Positions 24,436-39,100 of a stretch of DNA of 64,000 nucleotides are shown in pieces. Origin of the DNA: the human T2T-CHM13v2.0 reference genome, Homo sapiens; the NCBI RefSeq assembly GCF_009914755.1, contig NC_060941.1. One strand, given 5' to 3'. Each line of letters starts with the position of its first letter. Within the stretch, counting starts at the first letter, position 1. Below the pieces are notes generated by a model, which was not told the DNA's origin, did no database searches, and saw only the letters and a list, made by a program, of their open reading frames with translations. A program made the position numbers and the translations under genes.

Positions 24436-27141
24436 CTTTGATAGTTCAGGTTTGAAACACTCTTTTTGTAGGATCTGCAAGTGGATATTTGGACCACTCT
24501 GTGGCCTTCGTTCGAAACGGGTATATCTTCGCATAAAATCTAGACAGAAGCCTTCTCAGAAACTTCTCTGTGATGATTGCATTCAACTCACAGAGTTGAA
24601 CCCTCCTATGGATAGAGCAGTGTTGAAACTCTCTTTTTGTGGAATCTGCAAGTGGATATGTGGACCTCTCCGAAGATGTCTTTGGAAACGGGAATATCTT
24701 CACATAAAAACTAAACAGAAGCATTCTCAGAAACTTCTCTGTGATGTTTGTGTTCAACTCCCAGAGTTTCACATTGCTTTTCATAGAGTAGTTCTGAAAC
24801 ATGCTTTTCGTAGTGTCTACAAGTGGACATTTGGAGCGCTTTCAGGCCTGTGGTGGAAAACGAATTATGGTCACATAAAAACTGGAGAGAAGCATTGTCA
24901 GAAACTTCTTTGTGATGATTGCATTCAACTCACAGAGTTGAAGGTTCCTTTTCAAAGAGCAGTTTCCAATCACTCTTTGTGTGGAATCTGCAAGTGGATA
25001 TTCGGACCTATTTTGAAGATTTCGTTGGAAACGGGAGAATCTTCACAGGAAAGCTAAACAGAAGCATTCTCAGAAACTTCTTTGTGATGCTTGCATTCAA
25101 CTCACAGAGTTGAACTTTCCTTTCGAGAGAGAAGCTTTGAAACACTCTTTTTCCAGAATCTGCAAGTGGACATTTGGAGGGCTTTGAGGCCTGTGGTGGA
25201 AAAGGAATTATCTTCCCGTAAAAGCTAGATAGAAGCATTCTCAGAAACTACTTTGTGATGATTGCATTCAAGTCACAGAGTTGAACATTCCCTTTGACAG
25301 AGCAGTTTGGAAACTCTCTTTGTGTAGAATCTGCAAGTGGAGATATGGACCGCTTTGAGGCCTATGGTAGTAAAGGAAATAGCTTCATATAAAAGCTAGA
25401 CAGTAGCATTCACAGAAAACTCTTGGTGACGACTGAGTTTAACTCACAGAGCTGAACATTCCTTTGGATGGAGCAGTTTCGAAACACACTATTTGTAGAA
25501 TGTGCAAGTGGATATTGGGGCCTCTCTGAGGATTTCGTTGGAAACGGGATAAACCGCACAGAACTAAACAGAAGCATTCTCAGAACCTTCTTCGTGATGT
25601 TTGCATTCAACTCACAGTGTTGAACCTTTCTTTGATAGTTCAGGTTTGAAACGGTCTTTCTGTAGAAACTGCAAGTAGATATTTGGACCTCTCTGAGGAT
25701 TTCGTTGGAAACGGGATAACCCGCACAGAACTAAAACAGAAGCATTCTCAGAACCCTCTTCGTGATGTTTGCATTCAACTCACAGTGCTGAACCTTTCTT
25801 TGATAGTTCAGCTTTGAAACACTCTTTTTGTAGAAACTGCAAGTGGATATTTGGTCCTCTCTGAGCATTTCGTTGGAAACGGGATAAACTGCACAGAACT
25901 AAACAGAAGCATTCTCAGAACCTTCTTCGTGATGTCTGCATTCAACTCACAGTGTGGAACCTTTCTTTGATAGTTCAGGTTTGAAACACTCTTTTTGTAG
26001 AAACTGCAAGGGGATAATTGCACTCTTTGGTAGTAAAGGAAATAACTTCCTATAAAAAGAAGACAGAAGCTTTCTCAGAAAATTCTTTGGGATGATTGAG
26101 TTGAACTCACAGAGCTGAGCATTCCTTGCGATGTAGCAGTTTAGAAACACACTTTCTGCAGAATCTGCAAGTGCATATTTGGACCTCTGTGAGGAATTCG
26201 TTGGAAACGGGATAATTTCAGCTGACTAAACAGAAGCAGTCTCAGAATCTTCTTTGTGATGTTTGCATTCAAATCCCCGAGTTGAACTTTCCTTTCAAAG
26301 TTCACGTTTGAAACACTCTTTTTGCAGGATCTACAAGTGGATATTTGGACCACTCTGTGTCCTTCGTTCGAAACGGGTATATCTTCACATGACATCTAGA
26401 CAGAAGCATCCTCAGAAGCTTCTCTGTGATGACTGCATTCAACTCACGGAGTTGAACACTCCTTTTGAGAGCGCAGTTTTGAAACTCTCTTTCTGTGGCA
26501 TCTGCAAGGGGACATGTAGACCTCTTTGAAGATTTCGTTGGAAACGGAATCATCTTCACATAAAAACTATACAGATGCATTCTCAGGAACTTTTTGGTGA
26601 TGTTTGTATTCAACTCCCAGAGTTGAACTTTCCTTTGGAAAGAGCAGCTATGAAACACTGTTTTTCTAGAATCTGCAAGTGGACGTTTGGAGGGCTTTGT
26701 GGTTTGTGGTGGAAAAGGAAATATCTTCACCTAAATACTAGATAGAAGCATTCTCAGAAACTGCTTTGTGATGATTGCATTCACCTCACAGAGTTGAACA
26801 TTCCTATTGATAGAGCAGTTTGGAAACACTCTTGTTGTGGAATGTGCAAGTGGAGATTTGGAGCGCTTTGAGGCCTATGGTAGTAAAGGGAATAGCTTCA
26901 TAGAAAAACTAGACAGAAGCATTCTCAGAAAATACTTTGTGATGATTGAGTTTAACTCACAGAGCTGAACATTCCTTTGGATGGAGCAGGTTTGAGACAC
27001 ACCTTTTGTAGAATCTACAAGTGGATATTTGGACCTCTCTGAGGATTTCGTTGGAAACGGGATAACTGCACCTAACTAAACGGAAGCATTCTCAGAAACT
27101 TCTTGGTGATGTTTGCATTCAAATCCCAGAGTTGAACCTTC
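24436..27141 (+). repeat. HOR copy 10, 2,706 bp, carrying a 9-bp deletion
   Basis: CACTCTTTG|GTAGTAAAGG at 26021-26039 versus CACTCTTTG-AGGAGTACC-GTAGTAAAGG in other copies. The ORF period drops to 2,706 (24407 to 27113) and the 70-aa ORF becomes 67 aa. Confidence 0.97.
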
Positions 27142-30100
27142 CTTTGATAGTTCAGGTTTGAAACACTCTTTTTGTAGGATCTGCAAGTGGATATTTGGAC
27201 CACTCTGTGGCCTTCGTTCGAAACGGGTATATCTTCGCATAAAATCTAGACAGAAGCCTTCTCAGAAACTTCTCTGTGATGATTGCATTCAACTCACAGA
27301 GTTGAACCCTCCTATGGATAGAGCAGTGTTGAAACTCTCTTTTTGTGGAATCTGCAAGTGGATACGTGGACCTCTCCGAAGACGTCTTTGGAAACGGGAA
27401 TATCTTCACATAAAAACTAAACAGAAGCATTCTCAGAAACTTCTCTGTGATGTTTGTGTTCAACTCCCAGAGTTTCACATTGCTTTTCATAGAGTAGTTC
27501 TGAAACATGCTTTTCGTAGTGTCTACAAGTGGACATTTGGAGCGCTTTCAGGCCTGTGGTGGAAAACGAATTATGGTCACATAAAAACTGGAGAGAAGCA
27601 TTGTCAGAAACTTCTTTGTGATGATTGCATTCAACTCACAGAGTTGAAGGTTCCTTTTCAAAGAGCAGTTTCCAATCACTCTTTCTGTGGAATCTGCAAG
27701 TGGATATTTGGACCTATTTTGAAGATTTCGTTGGAAACGGGAGAATCTTCACAGGAAAGCTAAACAGAAGCATTCTCAGAAACTTCTTTGTGATGCTTGC
27801 ATTCAACTCACAGAGTTGAACTTTCCTTTCGAGAGAGAAGCTTTGAAACACTCTTTTTCCAGAATCTGCAAGTGGACATTTGGAGGGCTTTGAGGCCTGT
27901 GGTGGAAAAGGAATTATCTTCCCGTAAAAGCTAGATAGAAGCATTCTCAGAAACTACTTTGTGATGATTGCATTCAAGTCACAGAGTTGAACATTCCCTT
28001 TGACAGAGCAGTTTGGAAACTCTCTTTGTGTAGAATCTGCAAGTGGAGATATGGACCGCTTTGAGGCCTATGGTAGTAAAGGAAATAGCTTCATATAAAA
28101 GCTAGACAGTAGCATTCACAGAAAACTCTTGGTGACGACTGAGTTTAACTCACAGAGCTGAACATTCCTTTGGATGGAGCAGTTTCGAAACACACTATTT
28201 GTAGAATGTGCAAGTGGATATTTAGGCCTCTCTGAGGATTTCGTTGGAAACGGGATAAACCGCACAGAACTAAACAGAAGCATTCTCAGAACCTTCTTCG
28301 TGATGTTTGCATTCAACTCACAGTGTTGAACCTTTCTTTGATAGTTCAGGTTTGAAACGGTCTTTCTGTAGAAACTGCAAGTAGATATTTGGACCTCTCT
28401 GAGGATTTCGTTGGAAACGGGATAACCCGCACAGAACTAAAACAGAAGCATTCTCAGAACCCTCTTCGTGATGTTTGCATTCAACTCACAGTGCTGAACC
28501 TTTCTTTGATAGTTCAGCTTTGAAACACTCTTTTTGTAGAAACTGCAAGTGGATATTTGGTCCTCTCTGAGGATTTCGTTGGAAACGGGATAAACTGCAC
28601 AGAACTAAACAGAAGCATTCTCAGAACCTTCTTCGTGATGTCTGCATTCAACTCACAGTGTGGAACCTTTCTTTGATAGTTCAGGTTTGAAACACTCTTT
28701 TTGTAGAAACTGCAAGGGGATAATTGCACTCTTTGAGGAGTACCGTAGTAAAGGAAATAACTTCCTATAAAAAGAAGACAGAAGCTTTCTCAGAAAATTC
28801 TTTGGGATGATTGAGTTGAACTCACAGAGCTGAGCATTCCTTGTGATGTAGCAGTTTAGAAACACACTTTCTGCAGAATCTGCAAGTGCATATTTGGACC
28901 TCTGTGAGGAATTCGTTGGAAACGGGATAATTTCAGCTGACTAAACAGAAGCAGTCTCAGAATCTTCTTTGTGATGTTTGCATTCAAATCCCCGAGTTGA
29001 ACTTTCCTTTCAAAGTTCACGTTTGAAACACTCTTTTTGCAGGATCTACAAGTGGATATTTGGACCACTCTGTGTCCTTCGTTCGAAACGGGTATATCTT
29101 CACATGACATCTAGACAGAAGCATCCTCAGAAGCTTCTCTGTGATGACTGCATTCAACTCACGGAGTTGAACACTCCTTTTGAGAGCGCAGTTTTGAAAC
29201 TCTCTTTCTGTGGCATCTGCAAGGGGACATGTAGACCTCTTTGAAGATTTCGTTGGAAACGGAATCATCTTCACATAAAAACTATACAGATGCATTCTCA
29301 GGAACTTTTTGGTGATGTTTGTATTCAACTCCCAGAGTTGAACTTTCCTTTGGAAAGAGCAGCTATGAAACACTCTTTTTCTAGAATCTGCAAGTGGACG
29401 TTTGGAGGGCTTTGTGGTTTGTGGTGGAAAAGGAAATATCTTCACCTAAATACTAGATAGAAGCATTCTCAGAAACTGCTTTGTGATGATTGCATTCACC
29501 TCACAGAGTTGAACATTCCTATTGATAGAGCAGTTTGGAAACACTCTTGTTGTGGAATGTGCAAGTGGAGATTTGGAGCGCTTTGAGGCCTATGGTAGTA
29601 AAGGGAATAGCTTCATAGAAAAACTAGACAGAAGCATTCTCAGAAAATACTTTGTGATGATTGAGTTTAACTCACAGAGCTGAACATTCCTTTGGATGGA
29701 GCAGGTTTGAGACACACCTTTTGTAGAATCTACAAGTGGATATTTGGACCTCTCTGAGGATTTCGTTGGAAACGGGATAACTGCACCTAACTAAACGGAA
29801 GCATTCTCAGAAACTTCTTGGTGATGTTTGCATTCAAATCCCAGAGTTGAACCTTCCTTTGATAGTTCAGGTTTGAAACACTCTTTTTGTAGGATCTGCA
29901 AGTGGATATTTGGACCACTCTGTGGCCTTCGTTCGAAACGGGTATATCTTCGCATAAAATCTAGACAGAAGCCTTCTCAGAAACTTCTCTGTGATGATTG
30001 CATTCAACTCACAGAGTTGAACCCTCCTATGGATAGAGCAGTGTTGAAACTCTCTTTTTGTGGAATCTGCAAGTGGATATGTGGACCTCTCCGAAGATGT

Positions 30101-33100
30101 CTTTGGAAACGGGAATATCTTCACATAAAAACTAAACAGAAGCATTCTCAGAAACTTCTCTGTGATGTTTGTGTTCAACTCCCAGAGTTTCACATTGCTT
30201 TTCATAGAGTAGTTCTGAAACATGCTTTTCATAGTGTCTACAAGTGGACATTTGGAGCGCTTTCAGGCCTGTGGTGGAAAACGAATTATGGTCACATAAA
30301 AACTGGAGAGAAGCATTGTCAGAAACTTCTTTGTGATGATTGCATTCAACTCACAGAGTTGAAGGTTCCTTTTCAAAGAGCAGTTTCCAATCACTCTTTG
30401 TGTGGAATCTGCAAGTGGATATTTGGACCTATTTTGAAGATTTCGTTGGAAACGGGAGAATCTTCACAGGAAAGCTAAACAGAAGCATTCTCAGAAACTT
30501 CTTTGTGATGCTTGCATTCAACTCACAGAGTTGAACTTTCCTTTCGAGAGAGAAGCTTTGAAACACTCTTTTTCCAGAATCTGCAAGTGGACATTTGGAG
30601 GGCTTTGAGGCCTGTGGTGGAAAAGGAATTATCTTCCCGTAAAAGCTAGATAGAAGCATTCTCAGAAACTACTTTGTGATGATTGCATTCAAGTCACAGA
30701 GTTGAACATTCCCTTTGACAGAGCAGTTTGGAAACTCTCTTTGTGTAGAATCTGCAAGTGGAGATATGGACCGCTTTGAGGCCTATGGTAGTAAAGGAAA
30801 TAGCTTCATATAAAAGCTAGACAGTAGCATTCACAGAAAACTCTTGGTGACGACTGAGTTTAACTCACAGAGCTGAACATTCCTTTGGATGGAGCAGTTT
30901 CGAAACACACTATTTGTAGAATGTGCAAGTGGATATTTAGGCCTCTCTGAGGATTTCGTTGGAAACGGGTTAAACCGCACAGAACTAAACAGAAGCATTC
31001 TCAGAACCTTCTTCGTGATGTTTGCATTCAACTCACAGTGTTGAACCTTTCTTTGATAGTTCAGGTTTGAAACGGTCTTTCTGCAGAAACTGCAAGTAGA
31101 TATTTGGACCTCTCTGAGGATTTCGTTGGAAACGGGATAACCCGCACAGAACTAAAACAGAAGCATTCTCAGAACCCTCTTGGTGATGTTTGCATTCAAC
31201 TCACAGTGCTGAACCTTTCTTTGATAGTTCAGCTTTGAAACACTCTTTTTGTAGAAAGTGCAAGTGGATATTTGGTCCTCTCTGAGGATTTCGTTGGAAA
31301 CGGGATAAACTGCACAGAACTAAACAGAAGCATTCTCAGAACCTTCTTCGTGATGTCTGCATTCAACTCACAGTGTGGAACCTTTCTTTGATAGTTCAGG
31401 TTTGAAACACTCTTTTTGTAGAAACTGCAAGGGGATAATTGCACTCTTTGAGGAGTACCGTAGTAAAGGAAATAACTTCCTATAAAAAGAAGACAGAAGC
31501 TTTCTCAGAAAATTCTTTGGGATGATTGAGTTGAACTCACAGAGCTGAGCATTCCTTGCGATGTAGCAGTTTAGAAACACACTTTCTGCAGAATCTGCAA
31601 GTGCATATTTGGACCTCTGTGAGGAATTCGTTGGAAACGGGATAATTTCAGCTGACTAAACAGAAGCAGTCTCAGAATCTTCTTTGTGATGTTTGCATTC
31701 AAATCCCCGAGTTGAACTTTCCTTTCAAAGTTCACGTTTGAAACACTCTTTTTGCAGTATCTACAAGTGGATATTTGGACCACTCTGTGTCCTTCGTTCG
31801 AAACGGGTATATCTTCACATGACATCTAGACAGAAGCATCCTCAGAAGCTTCTCTGTGATGACTGCATTCAACTCACGGAGTTGAACACTCCTTTTGAGA
31901 GCGCAGTTTTGAAACTCTCTTTCTGTGGCATCTGCAAGGGGACATGTAGACCTCTTTGAAGATTTCGTTGGAAACGGAATCATCTTCACATAAAAACTAT
32001 ACAGATGCATTCTCAGGAACTTTTTGGTGATGTTTGTATTCAACTCCCAGAGTTGAACTTTCCTTTGGAAAGAGCAGCTATGAAACACTGTTTTTCTAGA
32101 ATCTGCAAGTGGACGTTTGGAGGGCTTTGTGGTTTGTGGTGGAAAAGGAAATATCTTCACCTAAATACTAGATAGAAGCATTCTCAGAAACTGCTTTGTG
32201 ATGATTGCATTCACCTCACAGAGTTGAACATTCCTATTGATAGAGCAGTTTGGAAACACTCTTGTTGTGGAATGTGCAAGTGGAGATTTGGAGCGCTTTG
32301 AGGCCTATGGTAGTAAAGGGAATAGCTTCATAGAAAAACTAGACAGAAGCATTCTCAGAAAATACTTTGTGATGATTGAGTTTAACTCACAGAGCTGAAC
32401 ATTCCTTTGGATGGAGCAGGTTTGAGACACACTTTTTGTAGAATCTACAAGTGGATATTTGGACCTCTCTGAGGATTTCGTTGGAAACGGGATAACTGCA
32501 CCTAACTAAACGGAAGCATTCTCAGAAACTTCTTGGTGATGTTTGCATTCAAATCCCAGAGTTGAACCTTCCTTTGATAGTTCAGGTTTGAAACACTCTT
32601 TTTGTAGGATCTGCAAGTGGATATTTGGACCACTCTGTGGCCTTCGTTCGAAACGGGTATATCTTCGCATAAAATCTAGACAGAAGCCTTCTCAGAAACT
32701 TCTCTGTGATGATTGCATTCAACTCACAGAGTTGAACCCTCCTATGGATAGAGCAGTGTTGAAACTCTCTTTTTGTGGAATCTGCAAGTGGATATGTGGA
32801 CCTCTCCGAAGATGTCTTTGGAAACGGGAATATCTTCACATAAAAACTAAACAGAAGCATTCTCAGAAACTTCTCTGTGATGTTTGTGTTCAACTCCCAG
32901 AGTTTCACATTGCTTTTCATAGAGTAGTTCTGAAACATGCTTTTCGTAGTGTCTACAAGTGGACATTTGGAGCGCTTTCAGGCCTGTGGTGGAAAACGAA
33001 TTATGGTCACATAAAAACTGGAGAGAAGCATTGTCAGAAACTTCTTTGTGATGATTGCATTCAACTCACAGAGTTGAAGGTTCCTTTTCAAAGAGCAGTT

Positions 33101-36100
33101 TCCAATCACTCTTTCTGTGGAATCTGCAAGTGGATATTTGGACCTATTTTGAAGATTTCGTTGGAAACGGGAGAATCTTCACAGGAAAGCTAAACAGAAG
33201 CATTCTCAGAAACTTCTTTGTGATGCTTGCATTCAACTCACAGAGTTGAACTTTCCTTTCGAGAGAGAAGCTTTGAAACACTCTTTTTCCAGAATCTGCA
33301 AGTGGACATTTGGAGGGCTTTGAGGCCTGTGGTGGAAAAGGAATTATCTTCCCGTAAAAGCTAGATAGAAGCATTCTCAGAAACTACTTTGTGATGATTG
33401 CATTCAAGTCACAGAGTTGAACATTCCCTTTGACAGAGCAGTTTGGAAACTCTCTTTGTGTAGAATCTGCAAGTGGAGATATGGACCGCTTTGAGGCCTA
33501 TGGTAGTAAAGGAAATAGCTTCATATAAAAGCTAGACAGTAGCATTCACAGAAAACTCTTGGTGACGACTGAGTTTAACTCACAGAGCTGAACATTCCTT
33601 TGGATGGAGCAGTTTCGAAACACACTATTTGTAGAATGTGCAAGTGGATATTTAGGCCTCTCTGAGGATTTCGTTGGAAACGGGATAAACCGCACAGAAC
33701 TAAACAGAAGCATTCTCAGAACCTTCTTCGTGATGTTTGCATTCAACTCACAGTGTTGAACCTTTCTTTGATAGTTCAGGTTTGAAACGGTCTTTCTGTA
33801 GAAACTGCAAGTAGATATTTGGACCTCTCTGAGGATTTCGTTGGAAACGGGATAACCCGCACAGAACTAAAACAGAAGCATTCTCAGAACCCTCTTCGTG
33901 ATGTTTGCATTCAACTCACAGTGCTGAACCTTTCTTTGATAGTTCAGCTTTGAAACACTCTTTTTGTAGAAACTGCAAGTGGATATTTGGTCCTCTCTGA
34001 GGATTTCGTTGGAAACGGGATAAACTGCACAGAACTAAACAGAAGCATTCTCAGAACCTTCTTCGTGATGTCTGCATTCAACTCACAGTGTGGAACCTTT
34101 CTTTGATAGTTCAGGTTTGAAACACTCTTTTTGTAGAAACTGCAAGGGGATAATTGCACTCTTTGAGGAGTACCGTAGTAAAGGAAATAACTTCCTATAA
34201 AAAGAAGACAGAAGCTTTCTCAGAAAATTCTTTGGGATGATTGAGTTGAACTCACAGAGCTGAGCATTCCTTGTGATGTAGCAGTTTAGAAACACACTTT
34301 CTGCAGAATCTGCAAGTGCATATTTGGACCTCTGTGAGGAATTCGTTGGAAACGGGATAATTTCAGCTGACTAAACAGAAGCAGTCTCAGAATCTTCTTT
34401 GTGATGTTTGCATTCAAATCCCCGAGTTGAACTTTCCTTTCAAAGTTCACGTTTGAAACACTCTTTTTGCAGGATCTACAAGTGGATATTTGGACCACTC
34501 TGTGTCCTTCGTTCGAAACGGGTATATCTTCACATGACATCTAGACAGAAGCATCCTCAGAAGCTTCTCTGTGATGACTGCATTCAACTCACGGAGTTGA
34601 ACACTCCTTTTGAGAGCGCAGTTTTGAAACTCTCTTTCTGTGGCATCTGCAAGGGGACATGTAGACCTCTTTGAAGATTTCGTTGGAAACGGAATCATCT
34701 TCACATAAAAACTATACAGATGCATTCTCAGGAACTTTTTGGTGATGTTTGTATTCAACTCCCAGAGTTGAACTTTCCTTTGGAAAGAGCAGCTATGAAA
34801 CACTCTTTTTCTAGAATCTGCAAGTGGACGTTTGGAGGGCTTTGTGGTTTGTGGTGGAAAAGGAAATATCTTCACCTAAATACTAGATAGAAGCATTCTC
34901 AGAAACTGCTTTGTGATGATTGCATTCACCTCACAGAGTTGAACATTCCTATTGATAGAGCAGTTTGGAAACACTCTTGTTGTGGAATGTGCAAGTGGAG
35001 ATTTGGAGCGCTTTGAGGCCTATGGTAGTAAAGGGAATAGCTTCATAGAAAAACTAGACAGAAGCATTCTCAGAAAATACTTTGTGATGATTGAGTTTAA
35101 CTCACAGAGCTGAACATTCCTTTGGATGGAGCAGGTTTGAGACACACCTTTTGTAGAATCTACAAGTGGATATTTGGACCTCTCTGAGGATTTCGTTGGA
35201 AACGGGATAACTGCACCTAACTAAACGGAAGCATTCTCAGAAACTTCTTGGTGATGTTTGCATTCAAATCCCAGAGTTGAACCTTCCTTTGATAGTTCAG
35301 GTTTGAAACACTCTTTTTGTAGGATCTGCAAGTGGATATTTGGACCACTCTGTGGCCTTCGTTCGAAACGGGTATATCTTCGCATAAAATCTAGACAGAA
35401 GCCTTCTCAGAAACTTCTCTGTGATGATTGCATTCAACTCACAGAGTTGAACCCTCCTATGGATAGAGCAGTGTTGAAACTCTCTTTTTGTGGAATCTGC
35501 AAGTGGATATGTGGACCTCTCCGAAGATGTCTTTGGAAACGGGAATATCTTCACATAAAAACTAAACAGAAGCATTCTCAGAAACTTCTCTGTGATGTTT
35601 GTGTTCAACTCCCAGAGTTTCACATTGCTTTTCATAGAGTAGTTCTGAAACATGCTTTTCGTAGTGTCTACAAGTGGACATTTGGAGCGCTTTCAGGCCT
35701 GTGGTGGAAAACGAATTATGGTCACATAAAAACTGGAGAGAAGCATTGTCAGAAACTTCTTTGTGATGATTGCATTCAACTCACAGAGTTGAAGGTTCCT
35801 TTTCAAAGAGCAGTTTCCAATCACTCTTTGTGTGGAATCTGCAAGTGGATATTCGGACCTATTTTGAAGATTTCGTTGGAAACGGGAGAATCTTCACAGG
35901 AAAGCTAAACAGAAGCATTCTCAGAAACTTCTTTGTGATGCTTGCATTCAACTCACAGAGTTGAACTTTCCTTTCGAGAGAGAAGCTTTGAAACACTCTT
36001 TTTCCAGAATCTGCAAGTGGACATTTGGAGGGCTTTGAGGCCTGTGGTGGAAAAGGAATTATCTTCCCGTAAAAGCTAGATAGAAGCATTCTCAGAAACT

Positions 36101-39100
36101 ACTTTGTGATGATTGCATTCAAGTCACAGAGTTGAACATTCCCTTTGACAGAGCAGTTTGGAAACTCTCTTTGTGTAGAATCTGCAAGTGGAGATATGGA
36201 CCGCTTTGAGGCCTATGGTAGTAAAGGAAATAGCTTCATATAAAAGCTAGACAGTAGCATTCACAGAAAACTCTTGGTGACGACTGAGTTTAACTCACAG
36301 AGCTGAACATTCCTTTGGATGGAGCAGTTTCGAAACACACTATTTGTAGAATGTGCAAGTGGATATTTAGGCCTCTCTGAGGATTTCGTTGGAAACGGGT
36401 TAAACCGCACAGAACTAAACAGAAGCATTCTCAGAACCTTCTTCGTGATGTTTGCATTCAACTCACAGTGTTGAACCTTTCTTTGATAGTTCAGGTTTGA
36501 AACGGTCTTTCTGCAGAAACTGCAAGTAGATATTTGGACCTCTCTGAGGATTTCGTTGGAAACGGGATAACCCGCACAGAACTAAAACAGAAGCATTCTC
36601 AGAACCCTCTTGGTGATGTTTGCATTCAACTCACAGTGCTGAACCTTTCTTTGATAGTTCAGCTTTGAAACACTCTTTTTGTAGAAAGTGCAAGTGGATA
36701 TTTGGTCCTCTCTGAGGATTTCGTTGGAAACGGGATAAACTGCACAGAACTAAACAGAAGCATTCTCAGAACCTTCTTCGTGATGTCTGCATTCAACTCA
36801 CAGTGTGGAACCTTTCTTTGATAGTTCAGGTTTGAAACACTCTTTTTGTAGAAACTGCAAGGGGATAATTGCACTCTTTGAGGAGTACCGTAGTAAAGGA
36901 AATAACTTCCTATAAAAAGAAGACAGAAGCTTTCTCAGAAAATTCTTTGGGATGATTGAGTTGAACTCACAGAGCTGAGCATTCCTTGCGATGTAGCAGT
37001 TTAGAAACACACTTTCTGCAGAATCTGCAAGTGCATATTTGGACCTCTGTGAGGAATTCGTTGGAAACGGGATAATTTCAGCTGACTAAACAGAAGCAGT
37101 CTCAGAATCTTCTTTGTGATGTTTGCATTCAAATCCCCGAGTTGAACTTTCCTTTCAAAGTTCACGTTTGAAACACTCTTTTTGCAGGATCTACAAGTGG
37201 ATATTTGGACCACTCTGTGTCCTTCGTTCGAAACGGGTATATCTTCACATGACATCTAGACAGAAGCATCCTCAGAAGCTTCTCTGTGATGACTGCATTC
37301 AACTCACGGAGTTGAACACTCCTTTTGAGAGCGCAGTTTTGAAACTCTCTTTCTGTGGCATCTGCAAGGGGACATGTAGACCTCTTTGAAGATTTCGTTG
37401 GAAACGGAATCATCTTCACATAAAAACTATACAGATGCATTCTCAGGAACTTTTTGGTGATGTTTGTATTCAACTCCCAGAGTTGAACTTTCCTTTGGAA
37501 AGAGCAGCTATGAAACACTGTTTTTCTAGAATCTGCAAGTGGACGTTTGGAGGGCTTTGTGGTTTGTGGTGGAAAAGGAAATATCTTCACCTAAATACTA
37601 GATAGAAGCATTCTCAGAAACTGCTTTGTGATGATTGCATTCACCTCACAGAGTTGAACATTCCTATTGATAGAGCAGTTTGGAAACACTCTTGTTGTGG
37701 AATGTGCAAGTGGAGATTTGGAGCGCTTTGAGGCCTATGGTAGTAAAGGGAATAGCTTCATAGAAAAACTAGACAGAAGCATTCTCAGAAAATACTTTGT
37801 GATGATTGAGTTTAACTCACAGAGCTGAACATTCCTTTGGATGGAGCAGGTTTGAGACACACCTTTTGTAGAATCTACAAGTGGATATTTGGACCTCTCT
37901 GAGGATTTCGTTGGAAACGGGATAACTGCACCTAACTAAACGGAAGCATTCTCAGAAACTTCTTGGTGATGTTTGCATTCAAATCCCAGAGTTGAACCTT
38001 CCTTTGATAGTTCAGGTTTGAAACACTCTTTTTGTAGGATCTGCAAGTGGATATTTGGACCACTCTGTGGCCTTCGTTCGAAACGGGTATATCTTCGCAT
38101 AAAATCTAGACAGAAGCCTTCTCAGAAGCTTCTCTGTGATGATTGCATTCAACTCACAGAGTTGAACCCTCCTATGGATAGAGCAGTGTTGAAACTCTCT
38201 TTTTGTGGAATCTGCAAGTGGATATGTGGACCTCTCCGAAGATGTCTTTGGAAACGGGAATATCTTCACATAAAAACTAAACAGAAGCATTCTCAGAAAC
38301 TTCTCTGTGATGTTTGTGTTCAACTCCCAGAGTTTCACATTGCTTTTCATAGAGTAGTTCTGAAACATGCTTTTCGTAGTGTCTACAAGTGGACATTTGG
38401 AGCGCTTTCAGGCCTGTGGTGGAAAACGAATTATGGTCACATAAAAACTGGAGAGAAGCATTGTCAGAAACTTCTTTGTGATGATTGCATTCAACTCACA
38501 GAGTTGAAGGTTCCTTTTCAAAGAGCAGTTTCCAATCACTCTTTGTGTGGAATCTGCAAGTGGATATTTGGACCTATTTTGAAGATTTCGTTGGAAACGG
38601 GAGAATCTTCACAGGAAAGCTAAACAGAAGCATTCTCAGAAACTTCTTTGTGATGCTTGCATTCAACTCACAGAGTTGAACTTTCCTTTCGAGAGAGAAG
38701 CTTTGAAACACTCTTTTTCCAGAATCTGCAAGTGGACATTTGGAGGGCTTTGAGGCCTGTGGTGGAAAAGGAATTATCTTCCCGTAAAAGCTAGATAGAA
38801 GCATTCTCAGAAACTACTTTGTGATGATTGCATTCAAGTCACAGAGTTGAACATTCCCTTTGACAGAGCAGTTTGGAAACTCTCTTTGTGTAGAATCTGC
38901 AAGTGGAGATATGGACCGCTTTGAGGCCTATGGTAGTAAAGGAAATAGCTTCATATAAAAGCTAGACAGTAGCATTCACAGAAAACTCTTGGTGACGACT
39001 GAGTTTAACTCACAGAGCTGAACATTCCTTTGGATGGAGCAGTTTCGAAACACACTATTTGTAGAATGTGCAAGTGGATATTTAGGCCTCTCTGAGGATT

